Source of the DNA: Paecilomyces variotii
Taxonomy: Eukaryota
Strand: one strand, 5' to 3'
Length of the DNA stretch: 64,000 nt
Assembly (NCBI GenBank): GCA_004022145.1
Contig: RCNU01000007.1
Shown: positions 26,321-38,800 of the stretch, piece by piece
Numbering within the stretch: the stretch's first letter is position 1
Layout of the letters: the number at the start of each line of letters is the position of its first letter
Notes under the pieces: generated by a model
What the model was told of the DNA's origin: nothing
Database searches by the model: none
What the model saw: only the letters and a program-made list of their open reading frames with translations
Program-made: the position numbers and the translations under genes

Positions 26321-28576
26321 ATGGCAGCAGTATTCATACCTCCTTCGCCGCGGACATCCCTTGCCATGTCGACTCGACGAGCTCCTCTCGCGAATGTGCC
26401 CAATGCCGCCAACTCACCCCACCGGACTGGGATCGCTGCAATGAAGCGCTCCCGGACAGCGGGCTCTCAGGTCGATATCCCTTATGGCCAGCCTCCCCCA
26501 AAGAAACAACACGTGGACCGAGAGGAGTTGGAACCACGGTCACCGACTCGACCAAAGACGACGATCTATCCAAGCGCAGAGTCCAAGTTCTTCACCAAGC
26601 GAACCAACAATGCTCAGCCAAGTGCTTTTGAGAAGAAGCTGGTAGCAGCTCGGGATAAGGAACGGCTATCACAGACCAAAGGGGTCAGATATGAGAAGAC
26701 ATCGGCGGAGACCCTCGACAATATACGGCAGTGGCAGAGACATTACCGCAAGGCATTCCCGCAGTTCGTATTTTACTTTGACAGCATCCCCGAAGATGTT
26801 CGAAACAAATGCTCAAGACAGGTGACGGCTTTGGGTGCGGTAAGTGACTATTTCGTTGGGTCGTCTTATTGGTTCCTTTCACTTGTTCTAGGGGCTCGTC
26901 CTGTTCAATGCCTCGCGGGGCATGTGAATATAGAAACATTCGAGCGTTTAAATTCAATGCACTCCTCGTTTCCATCCTACGTGCTAATGAAAGGTAACAG
27001 CGTGAGGAAAAATTCTTCTCTCGTACTGTCACCCATGTCGTTACGACTCGCCCTATACCCCCCGAGACCGACGTCCCTGCTGCCACCGAGATGAACGCTA
27101 CGACAGCGATGGAGCAACAGTCTGTCGATGGTCCTGTTCAGACAGTTAATCCGTCCTTGCTTGAGAAGAACGCGGAACTCAGCTCACATATGTCGCTGAA
27201 GTCGAGAAACCCATTCGATAGACGGGCAGATGCAGATCTTCGACGTGATCAAGGTGGACTGGATGTGCTTCACAGGGCTCGCCAAATGGGTATGAAAATA
27301 TGGGCTTTGGAAAAATTGCAGCGGATGATTACTACAATCAATGATGGAGATGCCGCACTGTCGAATCACTTAGCCCGCAGTCACACGGTTGGAACTGGAC
27401 GAAACCGAGGAGACACCGATCTATCTCAGGTCCTTCGAAACGAGCTTAATGGCCCTTCAGAACGTGATCCTTCCTCGTATATGAAGGATATGGTCATGTT
27501 CAAAGGGCCGTTTATCTACGTTCACGATATGGATGAAAAGACGCGACCTGTGATGGTTAGAGAATACCCCAAAGTTGCAAAACGCCAGGATGGTGCATGG
27601 CCGCAATTTCGAAGCGCTCCACTGGGTAAATGTCCTTTCATCGACGAGCCACCGTCGAGGAAAGAAATCGAACGGGCGCGCCTTCAGAAAGAGAAGGAAA
27701 AGAAGGCTGCCGCTAAGATACAGCATGACGCTGAACAAGAGAGCAGGAACATGGATCCTCCGGAGCGTGCAGTTGTGAAAGCAGAAGCCCAGGAGACCGA
27801 CGTTGAGACTGTTGCACCTGTGAAGAGAGAGGAAAGCGTGCCCGCTTCCAAGGAGACGGAACCACAAAAAATGCTTCCCGTACGACCTGCCTCTCCTAGG
27901 AAGAGCTCAGAGAGCTTTATTCCTCCTAACTTTCCACGCGCCGGACCATTCCACCTCGGCCGGGAACCCGCTGCATCTGGTGTCCAGCCATCCAACATCA
28001 CGTCAGCGATTCGTTCTCAGATGATTTCCTCTACCGCTGCTGCCCCTGGAGCAAGGGCTGGTGTCAGTAAGGAAGTTCACGAACTGAAAAGGAAAGTTCT
28101 TGAGAAGAGCAATGGCGGAATCTCGACAAGCGGAGTGCCCTCGTCCCTCCGCACGACCGATCTGTCAGGAGCGGCAAAAGCAGCAAGGGGACAGCCCACA
28201 AAGACGGGCAGAGGGAGGACGCAGGATGCTCTTGCCAACATTAATGAAGAAGAAACGACCCAGTCGGAGGATGACGACGGCAACAAGCAGCGCGCAGCAG
28301 CTAAGAAAGCTAGCAGTCAGAAGAAGCAGAAGGAAAAGAAGTGGGATCCCAAGCCGGGCTATTGTGAAAACTGTCGGGACAAGTTTGACGACTTTGACGA
28401 GGTAAGTCGGCGTGGATTTCAAGAATTGTGTGTGCTGCGTTGTGCTGACCATGCTTTAGCATATCATGTCGAGAAAGCATCGCAAGTTTGCGACGACATT
28501 GTCGAACTGGGCTGAGCTGGATGCGCTCCTTTATCAGCTCGAGCGTCCTTTGAAGGAAGAATACGACTATATATAG
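26321..28576 (+). CDS. nimO: Dbf4/Dfp1-type regulatory subunit of Cdc7 kinase
   Basis: Motif N (WQRHYRKAFPQFVFYFD), motif M (FKGPFIYVHDMDEKTRPVMVREY) and a C-terminal zinc finger KPGYCENC..HIMSRKH after splicing. Introns at about 26840-27000 and 28402-28459. Confidence 0.9.
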
Positions 28577-30538
28577 GAAGGGTGCATATATTCGTCGCCG
28601 TTTGCAAGATCATCAAACTCATATCTAGCGCCAAGTTCCCAACTGGCAGCCGTGCCGTGACACATCTGCTGCCACTAATTTTGCGCATCATGCTCCCATT
28701 CATTTATTCCTTCTCTTGTCTGCCTCGAATCTGGTGGACACGAATATCCATTGCATAGGAGTTGTCTTACTGTCGCACTTAATTTTGAGCTTTCGATTCT
28801 CGGCGGCAACGGCATGCATGCATTCTGTGGCGTCCATTTTACTATCATTAGGCGTCTGCCGCTTACGATCCACAAGACTCATACGGCCTGGCCTTTATAC
28901 TACTTTTTCTTTTCTACCACCTACACTTTCTTCTATCTTCTCTTCTAAAAAGTTTCACCATTCTCTTCTTTCTCTCCTTGATTACGCGGTGATGCTTGCA
29001 TTCGTGCTTTGAGGCGTGTATTCATAATTCTGGCGTTGGTATGTACAGGTTTGTCTGTCCTCCGCGAGACTATATTATCTCGACGGAAGCGAATGTCCCG
29101 TTTGATGGAAACGTTCATGATGACAGGGGAACCTACTACGACATCATGACTGTTCCAAATGGGGAAAGACCACAAGAGTATGGGGTCTGCTTCGTGGCGG
29201 TTTCAATACAGGAAAGTGATATTTCATAAACGTAACATTCCGTGATCTCAAGGCCGGAAGAGAGAATCTCCCAACATACTATTGGGGACTCTCGCATTCG
29301 TCTCGATCGAATGATGAGGGGGGTTTCCATTTCCATACAGTAGAGCTGACCGCTGGGTGATACCTGATGGGGGGGATAGTATTGGTTTCTGGTTTTGCGG
29401 CTGACTTTTCTTTGTACTCTGCTCTTATTCTTAGTTAGCAATCGAATAACTTCAACTGCACCTGTACTAAGTAGGGGCATTTCCCTAGCCAATAACCGGT
29501 AATAATATTTAGTAAGATTCGTCGTCCAAGTCCCTCACCAGCGACATGCTCAGACAGATGTGTCAGCCCAGATACTAACTAACTATTCGGCATCGGAAGC
29601 AGGGGAATTCAATCCATAACTACCGAGTTCCGCCTCGTTTATCATTCTAAATTCTCACACGCAACCTTCAAACTCTAGAGTAGTTAGTCCGATCCGAATG
29701 GATTTCGGGACTAGTAATCGTTGCGAACCCGTAGATTATCCTGGAAATACAGCATGTACGATGAATTCGACCGAAGCCTCTAATCGATCCCTGCCTGACT
29801 AGATAGATTACTTATCCTAATATGGGAAAGTAAGATAAAGGAGGGAGAATAGGAGATGATGTGATGCGGAAAGAAGTGGGATGAGTTCATTTGTAAAACA
29901 AAAGAGAAAGGAAAGTCTCTTCCTGCAGGGATGTTTGAGGTCCATACATATCGATATCGTATAATGTGGTTCTTCCTGTCGTGCTGGAAGAGATATGTTC
30001 CCATGTCTGGGGAGGGATGGCTTTTTGTGAAAGTTACCGTTGCTGGGTATGAGGTATCTTTTCCTCTGGTTGAATCTATTGATAGATTGTTCTTCAGTGG
30101 CGGCTTTATAGTCCTGTTTGGGGGTGCGTTCAAACTGATATACTTGATACCATATTAGTGAATCTTCATGACCACAAAGTTCGCGGCTACGGTCTCTGCT
30201 TGGACGGGAAACCCTATGTCATAGCTAAGGACGTCGCTGGAGAAGTACATAGTTAAACTCGGTTCTGGACAAACCACCGCCAAAGTAGCAGACGCTAGTC
30301 TTACAGACAATAAAACTGCTACATTTCATCTTAATGCTATTGCGAAATATGTTAGCATTTGCCACTTAATAGGCCTTGTAAATGTAGTTGTCCTGTTATT
30401 ACGCCACTGTACCATCCCAACTTCCCAAAACGGAAATCAACAAAACACAACACAACACATCAGCCCACCATAAAAAAAATACAAAAAAGCTCACATCCTC
30501 ACCTCTCCTTTATATCAGAGAGCTGTGAAGATGCTACG

Positions 30539-30733
30539 AAAACCCCGCCTTGCTTTTGGCGGGCAGGGTTTTACCTTTTCTAGGAACTGAGGAACATTTC
30601 TGACGGTCACTGGTGCCCAGAGCTGCTGTTTTTGCTCTGACGCCCTCACGCCGACCCCGAGGTTCGAACCAGGGAGCCTCTAGCTAGATAGAGCGGTGGG
30701 TGGGTGGTAATCCAACCACTGCGCTATCTGGAC
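30539..30733 (-). ncRNA. Degenerate tRNA-like Pol III unit (pseudo-tRNA, SINE-like element or structured ncRNA)
   Basis: A box TAGCGCAGTGG (30726-30716) and B box GGTTCGAACC (30670-30661). Acceptor and T stems are mismatched. Two hairpins follow, then the first TTTT at 30542-30539. Confidence 0.5.
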
Positions 30734-31999
30734 TCCGCTGTTAAATGGGATTATGTTATTCTGGAATATAGGGGGCTTTTTTTCTTTGTTTGCGGGACCT
30801 GGAAGGGGAGGTGTCACGTGGGGATAGATGACCCGAGAGTTTTACTGAGAGATGTTATATTGGATGCATTGGTACGGTAGAGAAATCTAGTAGTTGTGAT
30901 TGCTGTCGTTAACTGTCCTTAGTAGCAATCAAGGACACTCGAAGAAGTTCATTCGTATCTGGGGTTTTCTGCATATCTTTTCACTGATCTGACTGTTGCA
31001 TACTGCTAATGGGAAAGCAATCCTGCAGCTGGTAGAGCTCTCCTAAGCACTAGCTGTCCAGGGGGGATCCCGTCTGTATAAGTATACGTCCTGGGGTCCA
31101 CTTGGTTTATAGCACCCCTGATATAGATCAGCGTACCGCCAGAAGAGGCTATTTAAGCTAATAATGCATAACCTCTACATAGAATATTATCACTGGCCTA
31201 ACTCACTATGGTTGAAGTGCAATAATTTGCTGCCCATAGACTATATGTCAATATCCTTTGTTAACTACGATGAGCGTATCTACCCAGTAGCAAGTCTATG
31301 CATTAGCATTCCTACTATTTCTATACAAGAGTAGATCGGCAGCAGGACTTTAAGACTACGTACTTATTAGGAGCGTATTTCCGGACACTGGCCAATTTAT
31401 GGTATTTCATTTCGATGGTATATTTAGCCATGTGACCTTATTCTTGCTGAGTTAGCTATCCATTTCTGCTATGACTGGGAAAGATCAGTCTGGCGATTAT
31501 GTCCTATGACTATATGCTCTGTATTATCCGGTAGTGTAATGTGTAATGTGTAATGCCTTTCTTTCTGTTCTGAGAGATGGCTAGACACTGAGTAAAACTT
31601 TTGGGATATATTGCCCGTTGAAGACGTATCAGCATCTATTCGGAGACGTCAAATTGCCGACCAGTGCAAGATATTCCGCTTACATATCGATCTGCAACGG
31701 AGATCCTGGCTAGACTAAGTTATTGCACCATATTACATCTTATTGCACAAGCCCTTAGGCCGCGCCAGAGGCGCGTCCCGGTCTTGCTTATAGAACTGAT
31801 TTCTTAAACTATTATAGTAATTCACTGAATAAAAAGCTATATATAAACTTATAAGGTATAAATTATAAGCAGATAGAAATAATAGTTAATAAAATTAATT
31901 AACTAGTTATTTTGCCTATAGTTATATTATTAGAGATATTAAAAAATAAATAGAAAGAGTTATTTATAATATCTTCTTTATATTATATCTTTAGATAAG

Positions 32000-33652
32000 A
32001 TAGCTCTATGCTGGGCTATATATAATAATCTTAGCTATAGATAGCGGCCTTACCTTTTACTACTATATATTACTTCCTTATTATTATTATTATTATTAAA
32101 TTATTGCTAATATCTTTATCTATTTTTAAGTTAAATCTAGGTTTATATTAATATTTATATTAAGATTAATTTATAGGTTTAGATTCTCTTTCAGACTTAG
32201 TCTTAGCCTTATCTTTAAAATCCCTATTAATATTAGGGGTATTTATAAGGTTCTTTAGCTTAGATTTAAAACTAGGTCTAGGATTAGGGGTATTAATAGG
32301 ATATTTTAACTTATATTTCTTATGCTTAGAAATATCTGTAGAGTTTTTTAACTTAGGCTTTAAAATCTCTATAAAGTTCTTTAGCTTAGATTTAAGTAGA
32401 TATTTAGGCTTCTTAGGGGGTATTCTATTTTCAGGTCTAGTATTAATTAATATAGATGCTAGTTAGTTAAGATTAATAGCTTTCTAAGGGCTTAAATAAG
32501 TATTAGAGAGCATATTAAAAAGGATATTAAATAAGATATTTAATAGATTATTAGATAGGACTAACTGCTATAAGGCTTAGAGAGTTATATTTTAAGATAT
32601 TATTAATTATAAGGCTAGGGGGGCTAAATTCTAAGAACTTATTAGCTTCTTAAGAAAGATAATAGGTTGCTTTACTACTAGCTCTATAAATTTAAATACT
32701 ATATTATAGTAGTATTTTAGGCAGGCAGATATTATTTTAGTAATTTATTCTATTACTATAAACTCTCTAAAGATTTAAAAAAAAGATAGTAAGGTAATAG
32801 AGATATAGAGAGCCGCCTTATTTAGATATAGATAAAACCTAATAAACTCCCTATTAACCTCTATAATTTAGTTAATAGTTAGGAGCTTTATATATATCTA
32901 ATACTTATTCTAGGGGATATTATAGCCAATATAGAAGATATTAATAATTATCTTATTATCTACCTTATTATTATATATAGTAATCTTAATAAAAAAGATT
33001 AGGTGTTTTATATTATTTTTAGGGGTAAAATTAATTATCTAGCTAATTACTTATCTATTAAATAATAGTATTAATAAGATTAAATAGGGGATATAGCTAG
33101 TATACTCCTCTAAGCTAAGGTTACCCTAGTATAAAATATACAGATAAGCTTTAATTATAATCTTAAGGGCATTTAGTAGGTCCTATTTAATAAATAAAAC
33201 CCCTATATATACTATAATAGTATTAGGTAAAAATTTTAATAAGGGGTTATTATAATACTTAATTATTATATTAATAAAGTCTATAATAATTAGATCCTTA
33301 AAATAAGTATATTCCTTTATAACTGTATAGAAGTTAAAGACTAACTATAAAGCCTTTAGCATTGCCTATACTAAGTTTAAGACTATAATACCTATAATAG
33401 TATAATAATTAGTATTAATAGTAGCAGATATAATAATAAAGTAATAGAGGGGAATTAAATTAAATATTATTTAATATAAATAAATAACTATAGTCTAAGT
33501 AAGAAATAATATATAATAGAGCAGACCGACTTACAGGTAAAATATCCTTTATATATAGAAATTAATAGCATAATCTTAGGGAGATAATCTTAAAGAAATA
33601 ATTTTAATCTTCTAGAATATCTTTAGCAGTAGTATAATTTTAATAATAGCAT
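32000..33652 (-). pseudogene. Second Helitron ORF relic downstream of RepHel, intron-containing, possibly tandem OB-fold
   Basis: Candidate ATGs at 33652/33572 and a GTAAGT donor at about 33534. De-RIP reading gives beta-rich segments KYYNNP..DTIVV..G.LFV, GDPS.EEY..P and WNKYW..KLPT..IVEV.GEF.G, then a low-complexity tail. The fold assignment is inference. Confidence 0.4.
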
Positions 33653-33679
33653 AATCTTAATTACCCTATTAAAGATAGA

Positions 33680-36600
33680 TTTTAAACAGTCCTATATTAT
33701 TAGAATTAGTAGAGTCTAATTTTATTAAATCTAATAATATAGTTCTTAATAGATAAAGTAGGTCTAGGGCTAAAGCTAAGATTAATAAAGCGGGTAAAGC
33801 AAGTAGATTAAGGGGTAAAATAAAGAAATACTAAAGAACCTCTAGATAAACCTTATTAATAATTAATTAGGCTTTATTATCTGGGGAAAAGAGAATTAAT
33901 AGATTTTAGGCCTAAGTTATTTATAATATAATAATATAGAACTAACTATAAATAAAAATAGAGGTTTATAGATTTATCTTAATATATTTTAAGAACTATT
34001 CTTAAGATTTATTAATAATTATAGTAAAGGCTAGCTAAATAGAGAACTAAAGGCGGTATAATATAAAATAGAACTTATTAAGGGCTATTATTAGCTTAAT
34101 ATAAAAAATAAGATAAGTCTCCCTATTAAAATTATTATTATTAAGGCAAATTTTTAAATAATAAATAATTATATATAGCAGGATTAGCTAGATATTATTA
34201 TAAAATTCTTTTAAGGAATTTATATTATATATTAAGATAAGAGGAACCCCTATCTTTACCTACAGCTTAGCTAAAGAGATCTTAATTAAAATAATATTAT
34301 AAAAAATTTTAACACTAATCTTTTTATATAGCAGACCTTTATTAAGGTTATAAGTATTTATTAAGTATAGTATAATAATATCCCTAGGGAATTAAGCTAG
34401 CAGGTAAATATTAATAGATTTAATATCTATATTTTAAGAGGTTAGAATAATATAGCTATAAAAAAATCTTAAGTTTTAAAAAATAATCTATAGGTTATAA
34501 GGTGGGTAGATATAATTAATAAACTTATCTATATTAATAATCTAGTAAATAAAGGATAGCAGTAAGATATTGCTTATTAACTCTAGCTTATAGCTAAATT
34601 ATAATAGCTAATAAATTAATTAATAATTCTCTTAATTTATTATCTTTAGCTATATATTTTTTATAAGCAGTAATACCTATAATTAGTTAAAAATATAAAT
34701 ATATTAAAAATAGGCTTCTATAATCTATACCTAATTATTATAAAAAATAATAAGTAAGATTTATTAGAAATTATCTCTTAAAATAGTTAAGATATTATTA
34801 AAGGGCTTATTATATCTAGGCAGGTTATAATAAAGATCTTATAAGGTATAATCTATAGTATTATATATATAATAATATATTATTATTATCTTATCCTAGA
34901 TAATTAAAGAGATTGCCTAGATAAGGTCTATTAAATATAAGCTATAGTTAATATAGTAAATTAACTCTTCCTTAATATTAATTAGAATATAGAATTATTT
35001 ATAGGCAATATAACCTTTAAGAAGAAATAAAATAGCGATCCTTATTAAGGTAATATAAAGAATAATCTTACTTTAAGACTAGAGGTAGCTATATAATATA
35101 ATATAAAGAAAGGTCTTTCTTATATCCTTAAAACTATAAAAGAAGAAATAAGTATCTATTAGGGTATTTATTATAGCTTTAATAATTATATTAAAAGCCT
35201 AATACTAGTTATAATTTAATTATAAGATAAGATCCTCTACTTATTAAATAAGTTTAATATAATTATAGCTTATCTTTTAAAGAATCTTTAGATTTAGGGC
35301 AGCCTTATATTAATTATTTAAATAAGGAGAGAGCTAATAATCTTTTAAAATCTTCTCCTCTATTAAGAGATTAATAGTAATAAAAAAAAAGCTATAATTA
35401 TAATAGGGAATATAATTAAAGATAAGATTATATTATAATTAATTATACTAAATATAATACTCTAGGTTATTATAGATATTATCCTTATATTTCTCTTAAA
35501 GCCTGCTAATATTTAAAAGGTCCTTAAAGATTATTATTATAAAGAATAATTAATAAAGTTAATAGCTAGTCTCTATATAATAGGCTTCTTTAAAGTATAA
35601 ATCTTATTTATTTTTACCCTATAAGATTCTATAAATATAATAGGCCTTATAAAATATTAGATAGATATAACTATCTATAGTCTAAATATTCTTAAAGCTT
35701 ATAAACTTATAGACTATTATAAGCAGATAGTAAAAAAAGTAAACTTTCTTATAAAATAATAATACCTACTTTACCTAATTAATTTAAAAGGCTTTTATTT
35801 AATAATATATCTATTTCTTTTTTTTCTATTTTTAAATAAAATAGTAAAGAAAGTTATAGAATAATAATAACTTAAAATTCTCTATATTAGCTTTATATAA
35901 TAATAGCAGTAAAAGCTTACTTACTCTCTTATTAATATTATATTAGAGAAAGGCTAATAATTTTAATAATACTTACTCTAAATAATTAGTAAGCTTTTTA
36001 ATAGACGCCTTTATATTATAGATAATAAGGTAATCCTCTAATAGGTAAATATAGAGGGTATAAATATTAGGACTAATCCTATAGGTAAAAAATTTAAAAA
36101 GATACTAAATTACTTCTAATACCCTAATATAATAGCTATTAATATAATTATAAATCTTATTAATACCTATATTTAGCTCTATAATTATATAGTTAAGTCT
36201 CTTATAGATATATTTATATAGGTATTTAATTATCTTAATACTGCTATATATCTTTATATTAATATAGGCCTTATACTACTATATCAGGTAAGGGTTATAG
36301 AGAATAACTTATTTATTCTTAATCTCTAAGAAGCTATTTACTTTAATTAAGTCTTAAATTTAAATCTATATCTTTTTTTCTTAGCAATACTTAAGATAAA
36401 AATCTTTAGTTAAGATAGTTTCTTTATAAAAGGGCTTAAGAAAATTTTTTAAGCATCTTAATACCCTATTAATCTCTTTTATATAAGGGGCCTTAGGATT
36501 ATAATAGCTATATAATTAATAGATTAGATTAATAGTAATAATATTATAAAACTTAAGATTCTGCTATTTCTAGAGTTTTAGCTATTTAAAGGTTGCTTAG

Positions 36601-38800
36601 CTATTAATAATAGGCTTAGGCTTATTAATAGTAAAAATCTCTATATAAATAATCTTATTAATATATTTAATAATAAATATTTTAAAGCTGCCTTTAACTT
36701 AAAGAAGAAAATAAATATAAAGGAGATTATATTTCTAATATTTAACTACCCAGATATTAATAATATATTCCCTAAAGATTAAATCTTTATATAGCTTAGA
36801 TATAAGTTTTAACAGCTTAATATAGAATATATAGGCTATTAAGTTAAGATAATTTTCCTAAGACTAAATAGGAACGCTAGTTGCGTCCCTAATAAGTTTA
36901 GCCTAAATCTTATTCTAATATAGGTTTACTATAAAAGTAATAAAAAGATAAGGCTTTTTAAATTTATAGATAATAGCTATAGAGTCTTAATAGTACTATT
37001 ATATAAAGCAATTACTACCTATAAAGCTTAATAGAAGAATATATAATTTATTTATATTAATAGGATTAGTGCTAATAGCTATAGTAAGAGCTATTTTAAT
37101 AATATTATATCTCTTAGCTTAGAGTTTATTTTAGTACTGTTTAAACTAATTTAACTTATACTACTTAATAAATAATTATAGATTTATAATAAATTATTAA
37201 TAAAGATAGCTAGTATATTATACTATATTAAAATTATCTAGGTATTAAAATAAAAGCTAGTAATAATAAATAAGTAATATAATTTATATCTATTAATATT
37301 TTTAGCTTCTATAGATAAGACTTAGCAGCTAAAGCTATTAGTACTAACCCCTTTTATCTTAAAAAAAAAAGAATATATTAGAGGAGAATATATAGCAGGT
37401 GCAAATAGTAGATTAATATAAGATATTATCTTAAATTAATTTACTAGATTATTAAGGAGCCCTAGAGAGCCGATATAATTTTCTCAGTTTTATCTTTATA
37501 TTATAGCTATAAGTTATATTTAAAAATAACCTAGGGTATATTATTATTATCCCTAAAGTAGATATTATCTTTTAATATCTTATTATTATTAGATATAATA
37601 TCTATATTCTTTTTTAACTAATTAGATATTAAGTATTATAAAAAGGGGGATTTAGTAAGGTAAAGATAGATATTATAAAAACTTACCTAATTATACTCTT
37701 TTATAATATTTAAAATAAAGCCTATTAGTTCTATTATTGCAGTTGCCAGATTATAAAGATACTTATTATCTTTATTAAGGATTAAATATAACTATAGGAT
37801 AAGATACAGGTACTATAATCCCTAATTAATATAATATTTAAGGATATTATAAGCATAATAAAAGACTCTTTAAAATAAATTAATCTTATAAAGTAATATA
37901 TCTAATTACTATATAATCTTAATATATATCTAAGGTATTAAATTATATTCCTGTTATATTTAATCTGCCTTTTAAAAATTAAGAAAATAGAGCTATATAA
38001 AAGAGAGTATTACTCTATATAGGGGGCTAATTTAGTAATAAAATACTCTCTATAATTAAAAGACTTACTAGTATTGCTAAGGGGCTAAATATTAGTTATT
38101 TATATAGGCTATAGAGGTAAAGGCTAGTAATATATTAATTAACTAGATATTTTTATAAAAGAGAATTAACTTTAGATTATTATTATTAAGGTATTTTTTT
38201 AATAATAATAGCGGCTCTTGTATTAATTCTATATTAAGGCTAGGCTTTATACTACTACTCTTATAGTAATAGTTAAAGATATTACTATTAATAATAATCT
38301 TGCAGCTTTAAAATAAAGCATAATAATATTTATATTAAATATTTATATAGCTAAAGAATAATTATTACTACTCTATTATTAATAAATAAAAGGCCCTAGA
38401 AATAGTTTTAATAGCTTATAGTCTAATTTTAATTATTTTTATAGGAGGTCTGCTTTAAGATATTTTAAAATAATAATTATAGATATTATAGATAGTATTC
38501 TTTATAAAATAGTTCTAATATTAAGGGTTTATATAATATAAAGAGTAATATATAGGCTATATAGCCTCTAGGATAGAGAGAAAAGACTACTTATAATTAC
38601 TACTGGATTTATAACTAGGAAATTAAGATTAAGACCTTCTTAGCTAGGTTTACTAATGTATTTAAGCTTAAAAATAAAATTATATATAATATAAACTTTA
38701 TAACAGCATATAAGATAAGTTAGAGATAATTAAAACAGCCTAAGAAGAGAACCTACTAAAGAATCTACTAAGGAATCTAATTAATTTAAAAGAGGAGATA
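33680..38800 (-). pseudogene. Helitron Rep/Helicase (HUH endonuclease + PIF1 helicase) relic
   Basis: De-RIP reading, in order: CxxCxA..CC zinc finger (~38300); FITFTANPxW (~36915-36955); VEYQKRGLPHVH (~36705-36750); KYLYKYIYKG (~36195-36230); GPGGTGKTF (~35105-35140); IIWDE (~34890); RLQFPIRLAFAMTINKSQGQSL..VFTHGQFYVAMSRV..VYPEVL (~34060-33835). Some small frameshifts occur. Start and end are approximate. Confidence 0.9.

Noticed and set aside
30539-30583. Hairpin plus CTAG as a second Helitron 3' end
   Set aside because: It is followed by G rather than T and no matching 5' end is evident. The hairpin fits the minus-strand Pol III unit better.
30670-30700. Amber-suppressor (CTA) tRNA
   Set aside because: Anticodon-loop geometry and the acceptor and T stems are broken, so no anticodon can be assigned.
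31761-31786. Plus-strand hairpin followed by CTTG as the end of a Helitron lying to the left
   Set aside because: This CTTG is followed by C rather than T. RepHel orientation and the RIP boundary fit the minus-strand CTTG at 31751-31748.
37450-38790. Apparent plus-strand reading with a kinase-like KGGFGKV
   Set aside because: It is the antisense shadow of the minus-strand RepHel, and no other kinase motifs follow.
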